Of a stretch of DNA of 64,000 bases, positions 20,927 to 30,517 are shown piece after piece. Position numbers and translations under genes: made by a program. Within the stretch, counting starts at the first letter, position 1; the number at the start of each line of letters is the position of its first letter. The notes beneath the pieces were generated by a model. It made no database searches, was not told the DNA's origin, and worked only from the letters and a program-made list of their open reading frames with translations. This stretch comes from Syntrophales bacterium (GTDB taxonomy: Bacteria; Desulfobacterota; Syntrophia; Syntrophales; UBA6807), in contig JAXGPA010000001.1 in the NCBI GenBank assembly GCA_040767195.1, forward strand, positions 352,001 to 416,000. The letters are read 5' to 3'.

Positions 20927-21396
20927 GATCCTCCTCGGGATTTTTCCTCTTCTTTCCGGAGCAGGGAGGCCAGGTCCAGGTCGTCATCCCCTTCGCCGCC
21001 GGCGGAATCCGCCTTTCCGGGAAAACGGTCGTAGCGCTCGGGGTGCTGCTCCATCTCCCGGTGCCTGGCCTGGCAGAACCGCTCGGCAAACTGGGGCCTC
21101 CCCAGGTAGGGAAGGATGTCTTTCTTGAAATCCTCCAGCAGTTCCGAAAAAACGGCCCGGCTTTTTTCCAGGGGGGTGAACGTCCGCTCTTTCCGATACT
21201 CGTAGCGGAGAACGGGACCGAAAACGGCCTTCACGTCCTCCCACTGGCGCCTGTTCTCGAAAAACCGCTCCTCGGGAATGATGTCCATTCTCACGGCCAT
21301 CCGCACATGCACCGTATCCCGGGCGATGAGCCTCGAAAAATCGAGAACCTCGAGGACAAGGCCGTTGGGGAGGGTTATTGTTTCGACATGTTCCAT
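20923..21396 (-). CDS. Hypothetical protein (157 aa), 4-nt overlap with mdh
   Basis: GAGG RBS, ATGA coupling to mdh. Confidence 0.75.
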   Translation of the reverse strand: MEHVETITLPNGLVLEVLDFSRLIARDTVHVRMAVRMDIIPEERFFENRRQWEDVKAVFGPVLRYEYRKERTFTPLEKSRAVFSELLEDFKKDILPYLGRPQFAERFCQARHREMEQHPERYDRFPGKADSAGGEGDDDLDLASLLRKEEEKSRGGS

Positions 21397-21500
21397 ATAA
21401 GCTTCCTCTTATGTTATTTCAGTTTTGCCTGTTCCCTCAGGAACGCCGTCCGAAGAGGCCCAGGCCCCGGAGACGACGGGCTTTTCCGCGGAGATTTCTG

Positions 21501-21529
21501 TTGACGGAAAACTTTCTTCCCCATATACT
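21501..21529 (+). promoter_or_regulatory. sigma70 promoter of purU
   Basis: TTGACG-N17-TATACT. Confidence 0.7.
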
Positions 21530-21589
21530 TCGGCCCCTCGAGGGAACCGCGCCAGGCGTGTTCCCCAGTTCCGATGGAGGGGAACATTC

Positions 21590-22450
21590 ATGGAAAAGAG
21601 CCCCACGGCCATTTTGCTCCTTTCCTGTCCCGATCAGAAGGGGATCGTGGCGACCATATCCCGTTTCATTTTTGAAAACGGCGGCAATATTCTCCACGCC
21701 GCCCAGCACACGGCCCAGCCGGAAAACATCCTTTTCATGCGTATCGAGTGGGACCTCGAGGGATTCGCCGTTTCCCGGGAAAAAATCAAGGAGGCCTTCC
21801 GGCCCCTGGGGGAACGCTTTCGCATGAAGTGGGACATTCGCTTCTCCGATGAAATCCCCCGGGTCGCCATCTTCGTCTCCCGTCATGTCCACTGCTTTTA
21901 CGACCTTCTTCTGCGCCATCTCATGGGCGAATTCCGGGCGGAAATCCCCCTGGTCATCGGCAACCATGCAGACCTGAAACCCCTGACGGAGCAGTTCGGC
22001 CTCACCTTCCGCCACTATCCCATCACCCCGGAAAACAAGGCCGCCCAGGAGGAACGGGAACTGGCGGAACTCAAGGACCATAACATCGACCTCATCATCC
22101 TGGCCCGGTACATGCAGATTCTGAGTCCCCCGTTCGTCAGGCGATACCCGAACCGGATCATCAACATTCACCATTCATTTCTGCCTGCCTTCGCCGGCGG
22201 GAAACCCTATCACCAGGCCTACGAGCGGGGGGTCAAAATCATCGGCGCGACAAGCCACTATGTCACGGAAGCCCTCGATGACGGTCCCATCATCGCCCAG
22301 GATGTCATCGAAATTTCACACCGCGATTCCATCGACGACATCAAAATGAAAGGCAAGGACATCGAAAGGATTGTCCTTGCCAAGGCGGTGCGGCTTCATC
22401 TGGCCGACAGGATTCTCGTTTCGGGCTCCAAGACGGTGGTTTTCGAGTGA
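21590..22450 (+). CDS. purU: Formyltetrahydrofolate deformylase
   Basis: ACT domain CPDQKGIVA, LARYMQIL, INIHHSFLPAF, GATSHYVT; ATG 21590 after GGAGG. Confidence 0.96.
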   Translation: MEKSPTAILLLSCPDQKGIVATISRFIFENGGNILHAAQHTAQPENILFMRIEWDLEGFAVSREKIKEAFRPLGERFRMKWDIRFSDEIPRVAIFVSRHVHCFYDLLLRHLMGEFRAEIPLVIGNHADLKPLTEQFGLTFRHYPITPENKAAQEERELAELKDHNIDLIILARYMQILSPPFVRRYPNRIINIHHSFLPAFAGGKPYHQAYERGVKIIGATSHYVTEALDDGPIIAQDVIEISHRDSIDDIKMKGKDIERIVLAKAVRLHLADRILVSGSKTVVFE

Positions 22451-22459
22451 TCCCGGCCT

Positions 22460-23671
22460 TTACATGACGCTCTTCTGGCTCACCTCGACGGCATGGTCGA
22501 TCTGGGCCTTGAGCCCCTCGGGAAGGCCCGGGATGTCCACGCTCAGGAATCCCCTGACGATGGTGGATGTCGCCTCGTCTTCCGACAGCCCCCGGGACAT
22601 GAGATAGAGGATTTCCTCCTGGGCGATCTTTCCCACCGCCGCTTCATGGGAGAGTTCCACGCCGTCGGCGCTCCCCCGGAGTTCCGGGATGGCGTGAATA
22701 AGCCCTCCCTTCAGAATCAGGCCCCGGCACTCGAGGTGTCCCCTGACACCGGGCTTCTGCCCGGAGAGATCCCCCCGGGCGATGATATGGCCGCCGTTCG
22801 TGATGGCCCGGGAAACGATTTCCGCTCGGGTGTCCTCCGCTTCGAGGAAGACACGGCCGCCCACGTCGATTTCCGATCCGGGATGTCCCACGAGAAGGCT
22901 GTAAAACCGCGCCACCGCCCCCGGTCCGACGAGGCGGGTGGTGGGGTACATCTGAAGGGACTTGACCGGTTTCATGCACACGTAGTTGTTCAGGAACAGT
23001 CCCCCCTCCTCGACGCGGCCCACGGAACGGGGCCGGACCATCATGTCCTCCGCCCAGTGATGAATCATGGTAAAGCTCAGCTTGGCGTCCTTTTTCACGT
23101 AGAACTCGGAAATCCCTACGTGGAGCCCCCGGCTCACGTGGGACGCCGTGACGCAGCCCGTGATGATGTGGAGCTCCGACCCTTCCTCGGCGATGATGAT
23201 GTTGTGTACGTTCTGGCTCAGGTTCTGTTTTTCCAGGTATAAACAGGCCTGAACGGGAAAGAACACACGGCTTCCCGGCAGGGCCCGGATGACATAGCCG
23301 TCGTGAAGGTCCAGGTAAGCCCGGGCGGTATACTTGTCCGTGTCCACGGAAAGAAGCTTCCAGTAATGATCCCGGGCCCACTGATGCTTTTCCAGGGCTT
23401 CCCGGATGGGAATCACCTCGACCCCCTCGTCTTTCGCCGCCGCGTAAATGGCCGTCCCGTCCTTCTGTATGTACGACCCCGCCCGTCCCGACTCGGATAT
23501 GTCAACCCCCGCCTGGATCATCCGTTCCCGGTCCTCGCCCCCGACCAGGGCGAGGTTCGGAAGACGCTCATGGGCCTCGGCTGTCACGTCGAAAGAATCG
23601 AGATCCACATCCGGCCCGAGGGCCGCTTTCCGTTTCTTCGCCTCCTCGGCCTTATCTTTCAAAGTATGCAT
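22460..23671 (-). CDS. SufB/SufD-family Fe-S scaffold (SmsB-like)
   Basis: PVQAC, HLECRGL, LSHEAAVGKI...YLMSRGL...IVRGF. Confidence 0.9.
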   Translation of the reverse strand: MHTLKDKAEEAKKRKAALGPDVDLDSFDVTAEAHERLPNLALVGGEDRERMIQAGVDISESGRAGSYIQKDGTAIYAAAKDEGVEVIPIREALEKHQWARDHYWKLLSVDTDKYTARAYLDLHDGYVIRALPGSRVFFPVQACLYLEKQNLSQNVHNIIIAEEGSELHIITGCVTASHVSRGLHVGISEFYVKKDAKLSFTMIHHWAEDMMVRPRSVGRVEEGGLFLNNYVCMKPVKSLQMYPTTRLVGPGAVARFYSLLVGHPGSEIDVGGRVFLEAEDTRAEIVSRAITNGGHIIARGDLSGQKPGVRGHLECRGLILKGGLIHAIPELRGSADGVELSHEAAVGKIAQEEILYLMSRGLSEDEATSTIVRGFLSVDIPGLPEGLKAQIDHAVEVSQKSVM

Positions 23672-24417
23672 CGGCAGCACTCCTCGTATCCCGTTTCCTT
23701 GATCTGGCGGAAGATGTCGACGGGGTTCCCCTTGCAGGCGACGACGCCCTGGTAAAGCACCTGTCCTCTGTCCGCCGCCAGGTAATCGAGAATGAACCCC
23801 GTGTGGGTGATGATGAGTCCCATTCTTTTTCTTTCCTTGACAAGCTCCTTGCAGGACTTCACCGGATCGGGCTTGAGGTCCCTCTCCAGGAGCCTGCTGA
23901 TGGTGTTTCCGATGAGGGCGATGTTCTCAAGATCCACGCCCGACTCGGGCTCGTCGAAGAGAAGGAGGTCCGGCTCCTGGGCCATGAGCTGAAGGAGTTC
24001 GGACCGCTTGATTTCGCCACCGGAAAACCCCACGTTGATGTCCCGGTCGAGAAAGTCGGTGAAATTCACCTCCGAGGCCAGCTTTTCCGGGGAAAGGGGC
24101 TTCTCCCCGCCGCAGATCTGAACCATCTGCCGGGTCTTGAGACCGTGAATGCTCGGCGGGCGCTGATAGGACATGCCGATTCCGAGCTTGGCCCGCTCAT
24201 CGATGGGCATGTCGGTGATGTCCTCGCCCTTGAACCGGATCTTGCCGGCCGTGACCCGGTACTGGGGGTAACCCATGATGGCCATGAGAAGGGAGGTCTT
24301 CCCGGAGCCGTTCGGTCCGAAAAGAATGTGGGTTTCACCGGTCTTGATTTCCAGATCGATGTGGGTCAGGATCTCACGATCCCCCAATTTTACCTGAAGG
24401 TCTTCAATCTCGAGCAT
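23659..24417 (-). CDS. sufC: SufC-like ABC ATPase (SmsC-like)
   Basis: GPNGSGKT, FSGGEIKR, DEPESG, ITH; C-terminal CCRC. Confidence 0.9.
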   Translation of the reverse strand: MLEIEDLQVKLGDREILTHIDLEIKTGETHILFGPNGSGKTSLLMAIMGYPQYRVTAGKIRFKGEDITDMPIDERAKLGIGMSYQRPPSIHGLKTRQMVQICGGEKPLSPEKLASEVNFTDFLDRDINVGFSGGEIKRSELLQLMAQEPDLLLFDEPESGVDLENIALIGNTISRLLERDLKPDPVKSCKELVKERKRMGLIITHTGFILDYLAADRGQVLYQGVVACKGNPVDIFRQIKETGYEECCRCIL

Positions 24418-24666
24418 GGTCCAGCTCCCGTGTATGGATTGAAAACTAAATTATATAATATATCCGCCATGTTTTTTCAAGGTTTATCTGCCTGAACCCC
24501 CTTTATCCAGCGTAAGCCGTTCCTGCCTCATCTTGACCGTCGGCACATTTATTTGTGGCCCGCCGGCCGGCTCATCCCGAGCAGGATCATGGCACCTTGA
24601 AGGTCATCCCGTTTTGCGCTATTGTGTTTTTCTATGTGATTTCGTTTTCCCGAAAGGCCCCTGTTC

Positions 24667-25497
24667 ATGAAAGCGAAGGGGAACCCCCTCTTTTTCAACG
24701 CCGGCGTTGGTCGCCTCTACGGCGAGTGGCACCGCCGGGACGGGAAGAAACCCGTTCTCGTCTTCCTTCACGAGGGCCTCGGAAGCGTGGCCCAGTGGAA
24801 GGACTTCCCCGGCCTTCTGTGCGACCGGACGGGGCATGCCGGGTTCGTTTTCGACCGCCGGGGCCACGGAAAATCGGAACCCCTCGAAACGCCCCGGGGG
24901 CCAGAGTATCTCCACGAGGAAGCCCACCGATCGCTCCCGAACGTTCTTGAAAATCAGGGGATCGAAAAACCCGTCCTCATCGGACACAGCGACGGCGGCA
25001 CCATCGCCCTCCTTTTTGCCGCCCGGTTTCCGGAAAAGGTGACCGCCGTCATCACCGAGGCCGCCCACGTCTTCGTCGAACCGGTCACCCTCGAAGGTAT
25101 CCGGAAGGCCGTGGACCTCTTCAACCGGACCGATCTCGGGAAACGCCTCGCCGCCTACCACGGGAAGAACACCGCCGGCGTTTTTCACAACTGGGCGGAC
25201 ACCTGGCTCGACCCCCGGTTCCGGGCGTGGAACGTGGAAGACGACCTGGCGGAAATCCGCTGTCCCCTTCTCGTCATCCAGGGGGAAGAGGACGAATACG
25301 GCACCCCCGCCCAGGTAGAGGCCATCGCCGGGAAGACCCCCGGTTCCGCCGATGCCTGGCTGATTCCCCGATGCGGCCACATCCCCCATCAGCAGGCCCG
25401 GGAGGCGGTCCTCCGGCGCATGGCGGACTTCATCGCCGCCACGACCGGTAGGGGTGACGGTAGAGGTGGGTGTTCAGGTACCGGAAGTCCCCGGTGA
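24667..25497 (+). CDS. Alpha/beta hydrolase
   Basis: LHEGLGS, GHSDGG nucleophile elbow, QGEEDEYG, GHIPH. Confidence 0.9.
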   Translation: MKAKGNPLFFNAGVGRLYGEWHRRDGKKPVLVFLHEGLGSVAQWKDFPGLLCDRTGHAGFVFDRRGHGKSEPLETPRGPEYLHEEAHRSLPNVLENQGIEKPVLIGHSDGGTIALLFAARFPEKVTAVITEAAHVFVEPVTLEGIRKAVDLFNRTDLGKRLAAYHGKNTAGVFHNWADTWLDPRFRAWNVEDDLAEIRCPLLVIQGEEDEYGTPAQVEAIAGKTPGSADAWLIPRCGHIPHQQAREAVLRRMADFIAATTGRGDGRGGCSGTGSPR

Positions 25498-25897
25498 TCT
25501 CCCGGCCCGCCCAGGGCGGCACCGCAAAGACGTCACCCTCCTTTTCAAGTTCGATTTCGGCGATAACGAGTCCTTCGTTTCCCCCCCGGAAAACATCGAT
25601 TTCCCACACCCTGTCTTCAAAGGAAACCCTGTATCGTTCTTTTTCCATGGGGGGAAAATCACAGAGTCCGAACATCTCTTCGCCGTCTTTCAGGGGAATT
25701 TCGTATTCATACTCGATCCGGGTCACCGCCGTCCGGAGGACCTTCAGGGTCAGGAACGCCCGTTCCCCGGCCACCCGGATCCGGAGAACCCCCTCTTTCT
25801 TCAGCTCCAGAAACGCCTGGCGGATGGATACCCCCTTCCGTCCCGCCACAATGGAGGGATCGGAAACAAGAAAACGCCTCTCAATCTCCAGGGCCAT
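25430..25897 (-). CDS. CYTH-domain protein (triphosphatase / adenylate cyclase-like)
   Basis: MALEIERRF (ExExR/K), LTLK, EYEYEIP, WEIDVF...AEIEL; GGAGG RBS before ATG 25897. Confidence 0.9.
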   Translation of the reverse strand: MALEIERRFLVSDPSIVAGRKGVSIRQAFLELKKEGVLRIRVAGERAFLTLKVLRTAVTRIEYEYEIPLKDGEEMFGLCDFPPMEKERYRVSFEDRVWEIDVFRGGNEGLVIAEIELEKEGDVFAVPPWAGREITGDFRYLNTHLYRHPYRSWRR

Positions 25898-25978
25898 GGA
25901 CCTCCTCCTTTTTGACAGGGCCTTGCCTTTTCTCCCCCTTGCCGATATAAGGCAGCCATCGACCGAAACGAAGGGCCG

Positions 25979-26824
25979 GTGAAAAAAACCGCTATGACCC
26001 ATTGTCCCGTAATCCATCTGTGCCAGCCCGACGAGGGAAAATCCTGCGCGGCCTGCTGCGGCCTCTATAACTACCGGAACAGCAGCCGGGAGGCCCTCAC
26101 GGCGCGCCTTCGAAAAAGAACCCGCCTGTTCCGGGAAATGGTTCGCGGCGAAAAAGACCTTCTCCTTTTCTCCCACGAAATCCGGAGAAGGGAACCCCAG
26201 GCCAGGATCTACCCCGTCATCTACTGCTGCGAATACGCGGGGTTCCTCAACGAAGCGGAAACCCGGGTGGGGTGTCTTCTTCACCCGAACATGAACGGGG
26301 GCAACGACCTGCGGGACGTCTCCTTTTATGGCCGGGACCTTTGCGACGGCCATTTCTGCCCCAGCTACCACTTCCTTTCCCGACAGGAACAGCAGGCGGT
26401 CCTGCATGTCATCGACGACTGGTACCTTTACGGTCTTTGCATCACCGACATCGACCTCGTCAAGGAATATTTCCGGATCGTCAGCGATCGGGTGGGAGAA
26501 ACGCCGGACCCCCGGATCTTCCGGGAGGAACCGTTCCGGAGCATCGCCCTGGGTTTCTTCTCCCTGAAGCTCACCTGGCCTTTCCGTTCCCCCGAAACGA
26601 ACCGGTTCGGGAAGTATTACTTCGACGGCTCTCAGTACATGATCCACCACATTCCCTACGAACAGTTCGGATGCGACCGATCGCCCTATGACCGGATCCT
26701 CGTGAGCCTCACCACCCAGGTCACCGGAAAGGGCGATCTCCGGGCGGCGGAACGGGCGATCGAGGAGAAAATAGACGCTTTTGTGAAGGCATACACCGGA
26801 AACAAAGGGCCGGCGGCACCCTGA
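25979..26824 (+). CDS. Cys-rich hypothetical protein (possible metal/Fe-S binding)
   Basis: LCQP...SCAACCGLYN, YCCEY, GCLLHP, LCDGHFCP. Confidence 0.8.
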   Translation: MKKTAMTHCPVIHLCQPDEGKSCAACCGLYNYRNSSREALTARLRKRTRLFREMVRGEKDLLLFSHEIRRREPQARIYPVIYCCEYAGFLNEAETRVGCLLHPNMNGGNDLRDVSFYGRDLCDGHFCPSYHFLSRQEQQAVLHVIDDWYLYGLCITDIDLVKEYFRIVSDRVGETPDPRIFREEPFRSIALGFFSLKLTWPFRSPETNRFGKYYFDGSQYMIHHIPYEQFGCDRSPYDRILVSLTTQVTGKGDLRAAERAIEEKIDAFVKAYTGNKGPAAP

Positions 26825-26887
26825 AAACCGGATCGAGACCACGATACGGCTGTGGCGAAGACGGAAAAAGAAGCCGTCATTCCAGGA

Positions 26888-26916
26888 TTGACGGTGGGCG
26901 TGACATGGGCTATAGA
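26888..26916 (+). promoter_or_regulatory. Putative sigma70 promoter of hpt
   Basis: TTGACG-N17-TATAGA. Confidence 0.55.
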
Positions 26917-26937
26917 AGCCCTATGAAGGGGGAGGCG

Positions 26938-27465
26938 ATGGAAAAAAAGACACCGGCCGTTCTCATCGGAAGGGACGACATCACCCGGCGGGTCGCCGCG
27001 CTGGCCGAGGAAATCTCCCGGGACTACGAGAACAGGGATCTTCTGATCGTCGGTGTCCTGAAGGGTTCCTTCGTTTTTCTGGCCGACCTGGTCCGGAACC
27101 TGTCCGTCCCCCACACCATCGATTTCATCGCGGCGTCGAGTTACGGATCCGCCAAGGTCAGTTCAGGCGCCCTGACCATCACGAAGGACATCTCCCTGCC
27201 CGTTTCGGGCAGGGACGTCCTCCTCGTGGAGGACATCATCGACACGGGAACGACCCTGGCGTATCTGAAAGAGGCCCTTAAAAAGAGGGGGCCCCGCTCC
27301 GTGGCCATCTGCGCCTTTCTGGACAAGAAAGAGCGGCGGGAGACGGAAATCGATGCCGAGTACGTGGGATTCACTATTCCCGGGGGGTTTGTGGTGGGAT
27401 ACGGACTGGATTTTGATGAAAAATTCCGCTATCTGCCCGATGTCTGCGTCCTTGATGAACCCTGA
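26938..27465 (+). CDS. hpt: Hypoxanthine phosphoribosyltransferase
   Basis: VLKGSFVFLADL, VEDIIDTGTT, FVVGYGLD. Confidence 0.96.
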   Translation: MEKKTPAVLIGRDDITRRVAALAEEISRDYENRDLLIVGVLKGSFVFLADLVRNLSVPHTIDFIAASSYGSAKVSSGALTITKDISLPVSGRDVLLVEDIIDTGTTLAYLKEALKKRGPRSVAICAFLDKKERRETEIDAEYVGFTIPGGFVVGYGLDFDEKFRYLPDVCVLDEP

Positions 27466-27479
27466 GGAAGGAGGGGGCC

Positions 27480-28361
27480 GTGATCGTAGAATGCCGTCGA
27501 TGCCGCACGAAGTACCGTTTTGACCGGGAGAATCTCCGGGGCGAAGGGGCCTGGCTTCGGTGCACCCGATGCCGGCATGTTTTTTTTCTCCGGAACCCGG
27601 AAAAGGAGACAGCGCCTGAGGAAAAAGCGCCGATCACCGGAGCCGGGGAAGCGGAGCGGGCTGTTCCCTTCCAGGCGGAAACGGGGGGAGACATGACGCC
27701 CCCGGAACAGGCGTCCGGGGAACCCGTTCAGGAGGCGGAAAGGACTGTCTCGCCGGAGGAGGAGGCCGCCAGGGAGGCCGAACGGGACCTGGAAAAGCTT
27801 ATCGCGGAAGGGGAAAACGACTCCGTCGAGGCGGACAGGACCTCCCCGCTGAAAAAACTATTTTATTTCCTTCTCTTCCTGCTTCTTCTCGCCGGGGGCT
27901 ACGCCATTCTTCAGCCTGAAGCCGCCCGAACCCTCCTGGACCGCGTCGTCGATCCCGTGCGAAACCTGCTTCCTTTCGCGAGGCAAACCCCCGTCTCCTT
28001 CACCGCCGTTGAAGAACACTTTCTCGCAAACACGGAAGCGGGGCGACTCATGGTGATCCGGGGCGTGGCGGTGAACAACACGGCCAAAACACTCCCCGCT
28101 ATCCGCGCCCGCGCCAGGATTCTCGATTCGAAGGGGGAAACGGTCAGGGAAAGCGTGTCCCGCGGGGGAAACATCCTCACGGAAGAAGAACTTCGGACCC
28201 TTGATCCGGAGGAGATGACGGCCATCCTCGACACCCCGGAGGGCAGGAATTTTCCCAATGTTCAGGTTCCTCCCGAGGGAACGGTCCCCTTCATGATCGT
28301 CATCACCGATCCGCCGGAAAACGCCGCGGAGTACACCATCGAAACGTTACCTTCTTCGTAA
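27480..28361 (+). CDS. Zinc-ribbon / DUF3426-type single-pass membrane protein
   Basis: CRRC...CTRC N-terminal zinc ribbon, acidic linker, TM helix, periplasmic ...VPFMIV domain. Confidence 0.85.
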   Translation: MIVECRRCRTKYRFDRENLRGEGAWLRCTRCRHVFFLRNPEKETAPEEKAPITGAGEAERAVPFQAETGGDMTPPEQASGEPVQEAERTVSPEEEAAREAERDLEKLIAEGENDSVEADRTSPLKKLFYFLLFLLLLAGGYAILQPEAARTLLDRVVDPVRNLLPFARQTPVSFTAVEEHFLANTEAGRLMVIRGVAVNNTAKTLPAIRARARILDSKGETVRESVSRGGNILTEEELRTLDPEEMTAILDTPEGRNFPNVQVPPEGTVPFMIVITDPPENAAEYTIETLPSS

Positions 28362-28388
28362 CAGGAGAAACAGGGACTTCCCAGCGCC

Positions 28389-29396
28389 GTGACCGACAAG
28401 ATCCGTCTTTCCGTCATTATCCTGTTCCTCATTTTCGTCACGGGGACCCTGGGCTATCATCTTCTTGAAGGGTGGTCTTTTCTCGACGCCTTTTACACGA
28501 CCATCATCACCCTCGCCACCGTGGGGTACGGTGATTTTCACCCTGTCAGCCTGCCCGGCCGCCTGTTTACGATTTTTCTCGTCGCTTTCGGTGTCGGCGC
28601 CATGGCCTATTCGGTCACCCTGGTCATGGAAAATCTCGTGGAAGGCCGGATCAAGAAAGTCCTCGGGAGGGGCAAATTGGAAAAGAAGATCAACTCCATA
28701 AAAGACCACTACATCATCTGTGGCTGCGGGAGAATGGGATACCTCATCAGCCAGGAACTGGCCCGGGAAAAAGTCCCCTTCATTGTCGTCGAGAAAGATC
28801 AGGCTGTCATTGAAAAGATCGAGGACGAGGGTCTCATGTACATCCGGGGAAGCGCCACGGAAGACCGGGTGCTTCTCTCTGCGGGCATCGAAAGGGCCCG
28901 GGGCATCGTTTGCGTCCTCCCCACGGACGCTGAAAATCTTTATGTCATCCTGGCGGCCAAGGAACTGAACCCCCGGATTTTCATTCTTTCCCGGTCGGTG
29001 GATGAGATTTCCGAGCGGCGGCTTCTCAAGGCGGGAGCGGACCGCGTCATGTCCCCGTACGTCGAGGGCGGCATGAAAATGGCCCTTGCCATTCTCCGGC
29101 CGGCCATGCTGGACTTCATTGAAATCACAACAAAAAGGCAGAGCCTGGAACTCCGGATGGAGGAAGTGGATATCGGGGAAGGGTCGCCCCTGGCGGGCAA
29201 GTCTCTGGAAGCGTCGGAAATCCGCCACCACTATGGCCTCATCATCGTGGCCGTAAAAAAGGAATCGGGGCAGATGATTTACAACCCGTCGGCCTCCTAT
29301 ATCATCGACAAAGGGGACAAGCTCATCGCCCTGGGCGAGGACGGCAACCTGCTTCACTTCACCCAAGAATGCTCCAGATCCGGTCGGCTGAAATAA
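28389..29396 (+). CDS. Potassium channel with TrkA-N/TrkA-C (RCK) domains
   Basis: TVGYGD selectivity filter, ICGCGRMG Rossmann motif, TrkA-C domain. Confidence 0.93.
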   Translation: MTDKIRLSVIILFLIFVTGTLGYHLLEGWSFLDAFYTTIITLATVGYGDFHPVSLPGRLFTIFLVAFGVGAMAYSVTLVMENLVEGRIKKVLGRGKLEKKINSIKDHYIICGCGRMGYLISQELAREKVPFIVVEKDQAVIEKIEDEGLMYIRGSATEDRVLLSAGIERARGIVCVLPTDAENLYVILAAKELNPRIFILSRSVDEISERRLLKAGADRVMSPYVEGGMKMALAILRPAMLDFIEITTKRQSLELRMEEVDIGEGSPLAGKSLEASEIRHHYGLIIVAVKKESGQMIYNPSASYIIDKGDKLIALGEDGNLLHFTQECSRSGRLK

Positions 29397-29988
29397 CCCC
29401 ATCCCGGAGAATCGCCGGGGGGTGCGCGGTGACATCCACAAGGGTGGATCCCTTTCCGCCAGGGGTCCTCCCGCCATCGACAAGACCGTCGATCCGGTCC
29501 CCCAGGGCCGACAGCACCTCGTCGGCGGAAGAACATTCCTTTTCCCCCGCCCGATTGGCACTCGTGGCCGTTACGGGACCGCCGAGCCCCCGGGCCAGGC
29601 GGCGGGCCAGGGGATGGCTCGAAAGGCGGACGCCGATCTTCCCGGAATCCGCGGTGAGCCTTCCGTTCACGGTCGGAAGGGCCTTCAGGACGAGGGTGAG
29701 AGGTCCGGGCCAGAAGGCTTCCATGAGTTTTTCCGCCTCCCATGGAATTTCCGCCACGAGACCTTCCAGGGCCTCCCGGTCCCCGATGATGACGGGAACG
29801 GGTTTGTCGAAACTGCGGCCCTTGATCTCGAAGAGACGGGCCACGGCCTTCTCGTTTTTTCCATCACAGGCCAGCCCGTAAAAGGTTTCCGTGGGGAAGG
29901 CCAGCACCCGGCCCTCCCGGAGGAGCATCACGGCCCTGTCGAGAGCCTCCCCCTCAAGATGCCCGGGCGGGATTTTCAGGATTTCCAT
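29359..29988 (-). CDS. tsaC: Threonylcarbamoyl-AMP synthase (YrdC/Sua5)
   Basis: PTETFYGL, KGR...KP, WPGPLT, TSAN, STLVD. Confidence 0.93.
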   Translation of the reverse strand: MEILKIPPGHLEGEALDRAVMLLREGRVLAFPTETFYGLACDGKNEKAVARLFEIKGRSFDKPVPVIIGDREALEGLVAEIPWEAEKLMEAFWPGPLTLVLKALPTVNGRLTADSGKIGVRLSSHPLARRLARGLGGPVTATSANRAGEKECSSADEVLSALGDRIDGLVDGGRTPGGKGSTLVDVTAHPPAILRDGVISADRIWSILG

Positions 29989-30482
29989 CGGAGGGTCGCC
30001 TGCTTGTTTTCGACCTCGTCGGCCAGCCGCTTCCGATAGGCCCGAAGTTTTTCCCTGAGACCGCCATCAGCCAGCGCCAGGATCCCGACCGCCAGAAGCG
30101 CCCCGTTTTTCGCTCCCGCCTTCCCGATGGCCATGGTTGCAACGGGAATCCCGCCGGGCATCTGGACGGTGGAAAGCAGGGCATCGAGACCCTGAAGGGC
30201 GGTGGAATCGACGGGAACCCCGATGACGGGAAGCAGGGTTCGCGAAGCGATGACTCCCGCCAGGTGGGCCGCCGCCCCGGCGCCAACGATAAACACCCGG
30301 ATGCCGCGGCCCGGCGCCCCGTCGGCATAGGCCGCCGTCCGCTCCGGCGTTCGGTGGGCTGACGTGAGAAAGAACTCGAAAGGAACGGCGAACGTTTCGA
30401 GAACGAGGGCGGCTTCCCTCATGATCTCCAGGTCCGTGTCGCTTCCCATGACGATACTGACAATCGGTTTATCCCCTTCCAT
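29976..30482 (-). CDS. purE: N5-CAIR mutase
   Basis: [28 protein letters not shown]. Confidence 0.97.
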   Translation of the reverse strand: MEGDKPIVSIVMGSDTDLEIMREAALVLETFAVPFEFFLTSAHRTPERTAAYADGAPGRGIRVFIVGAGAAAHLAGVIASRTLLPVIGVPVDSTALQGLDALLSTVQMPGGIPVATMAIGKAGAKNGALLAVGILALADGGLREKLRAYRKRLADEVENKQATLRWKS

Positions 30483-30517
30483 GGGCTTTCCTCCCCCGGA
30501 AAACGGCCTCGCATTTC

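Noticed and set aside
24541..24557. GGCAC...TTG sigma54-like element near sufC and the hydrolase
   Set aside because: Lacks the GC at -12 with GG-N10-GC spacing
25898..26842. N-terminal extension making a 470-aa CYTH ORF
   Set aside because: Antisense to the Cys-rich gene; the real start has a GGAGG RBS at ATG 25897
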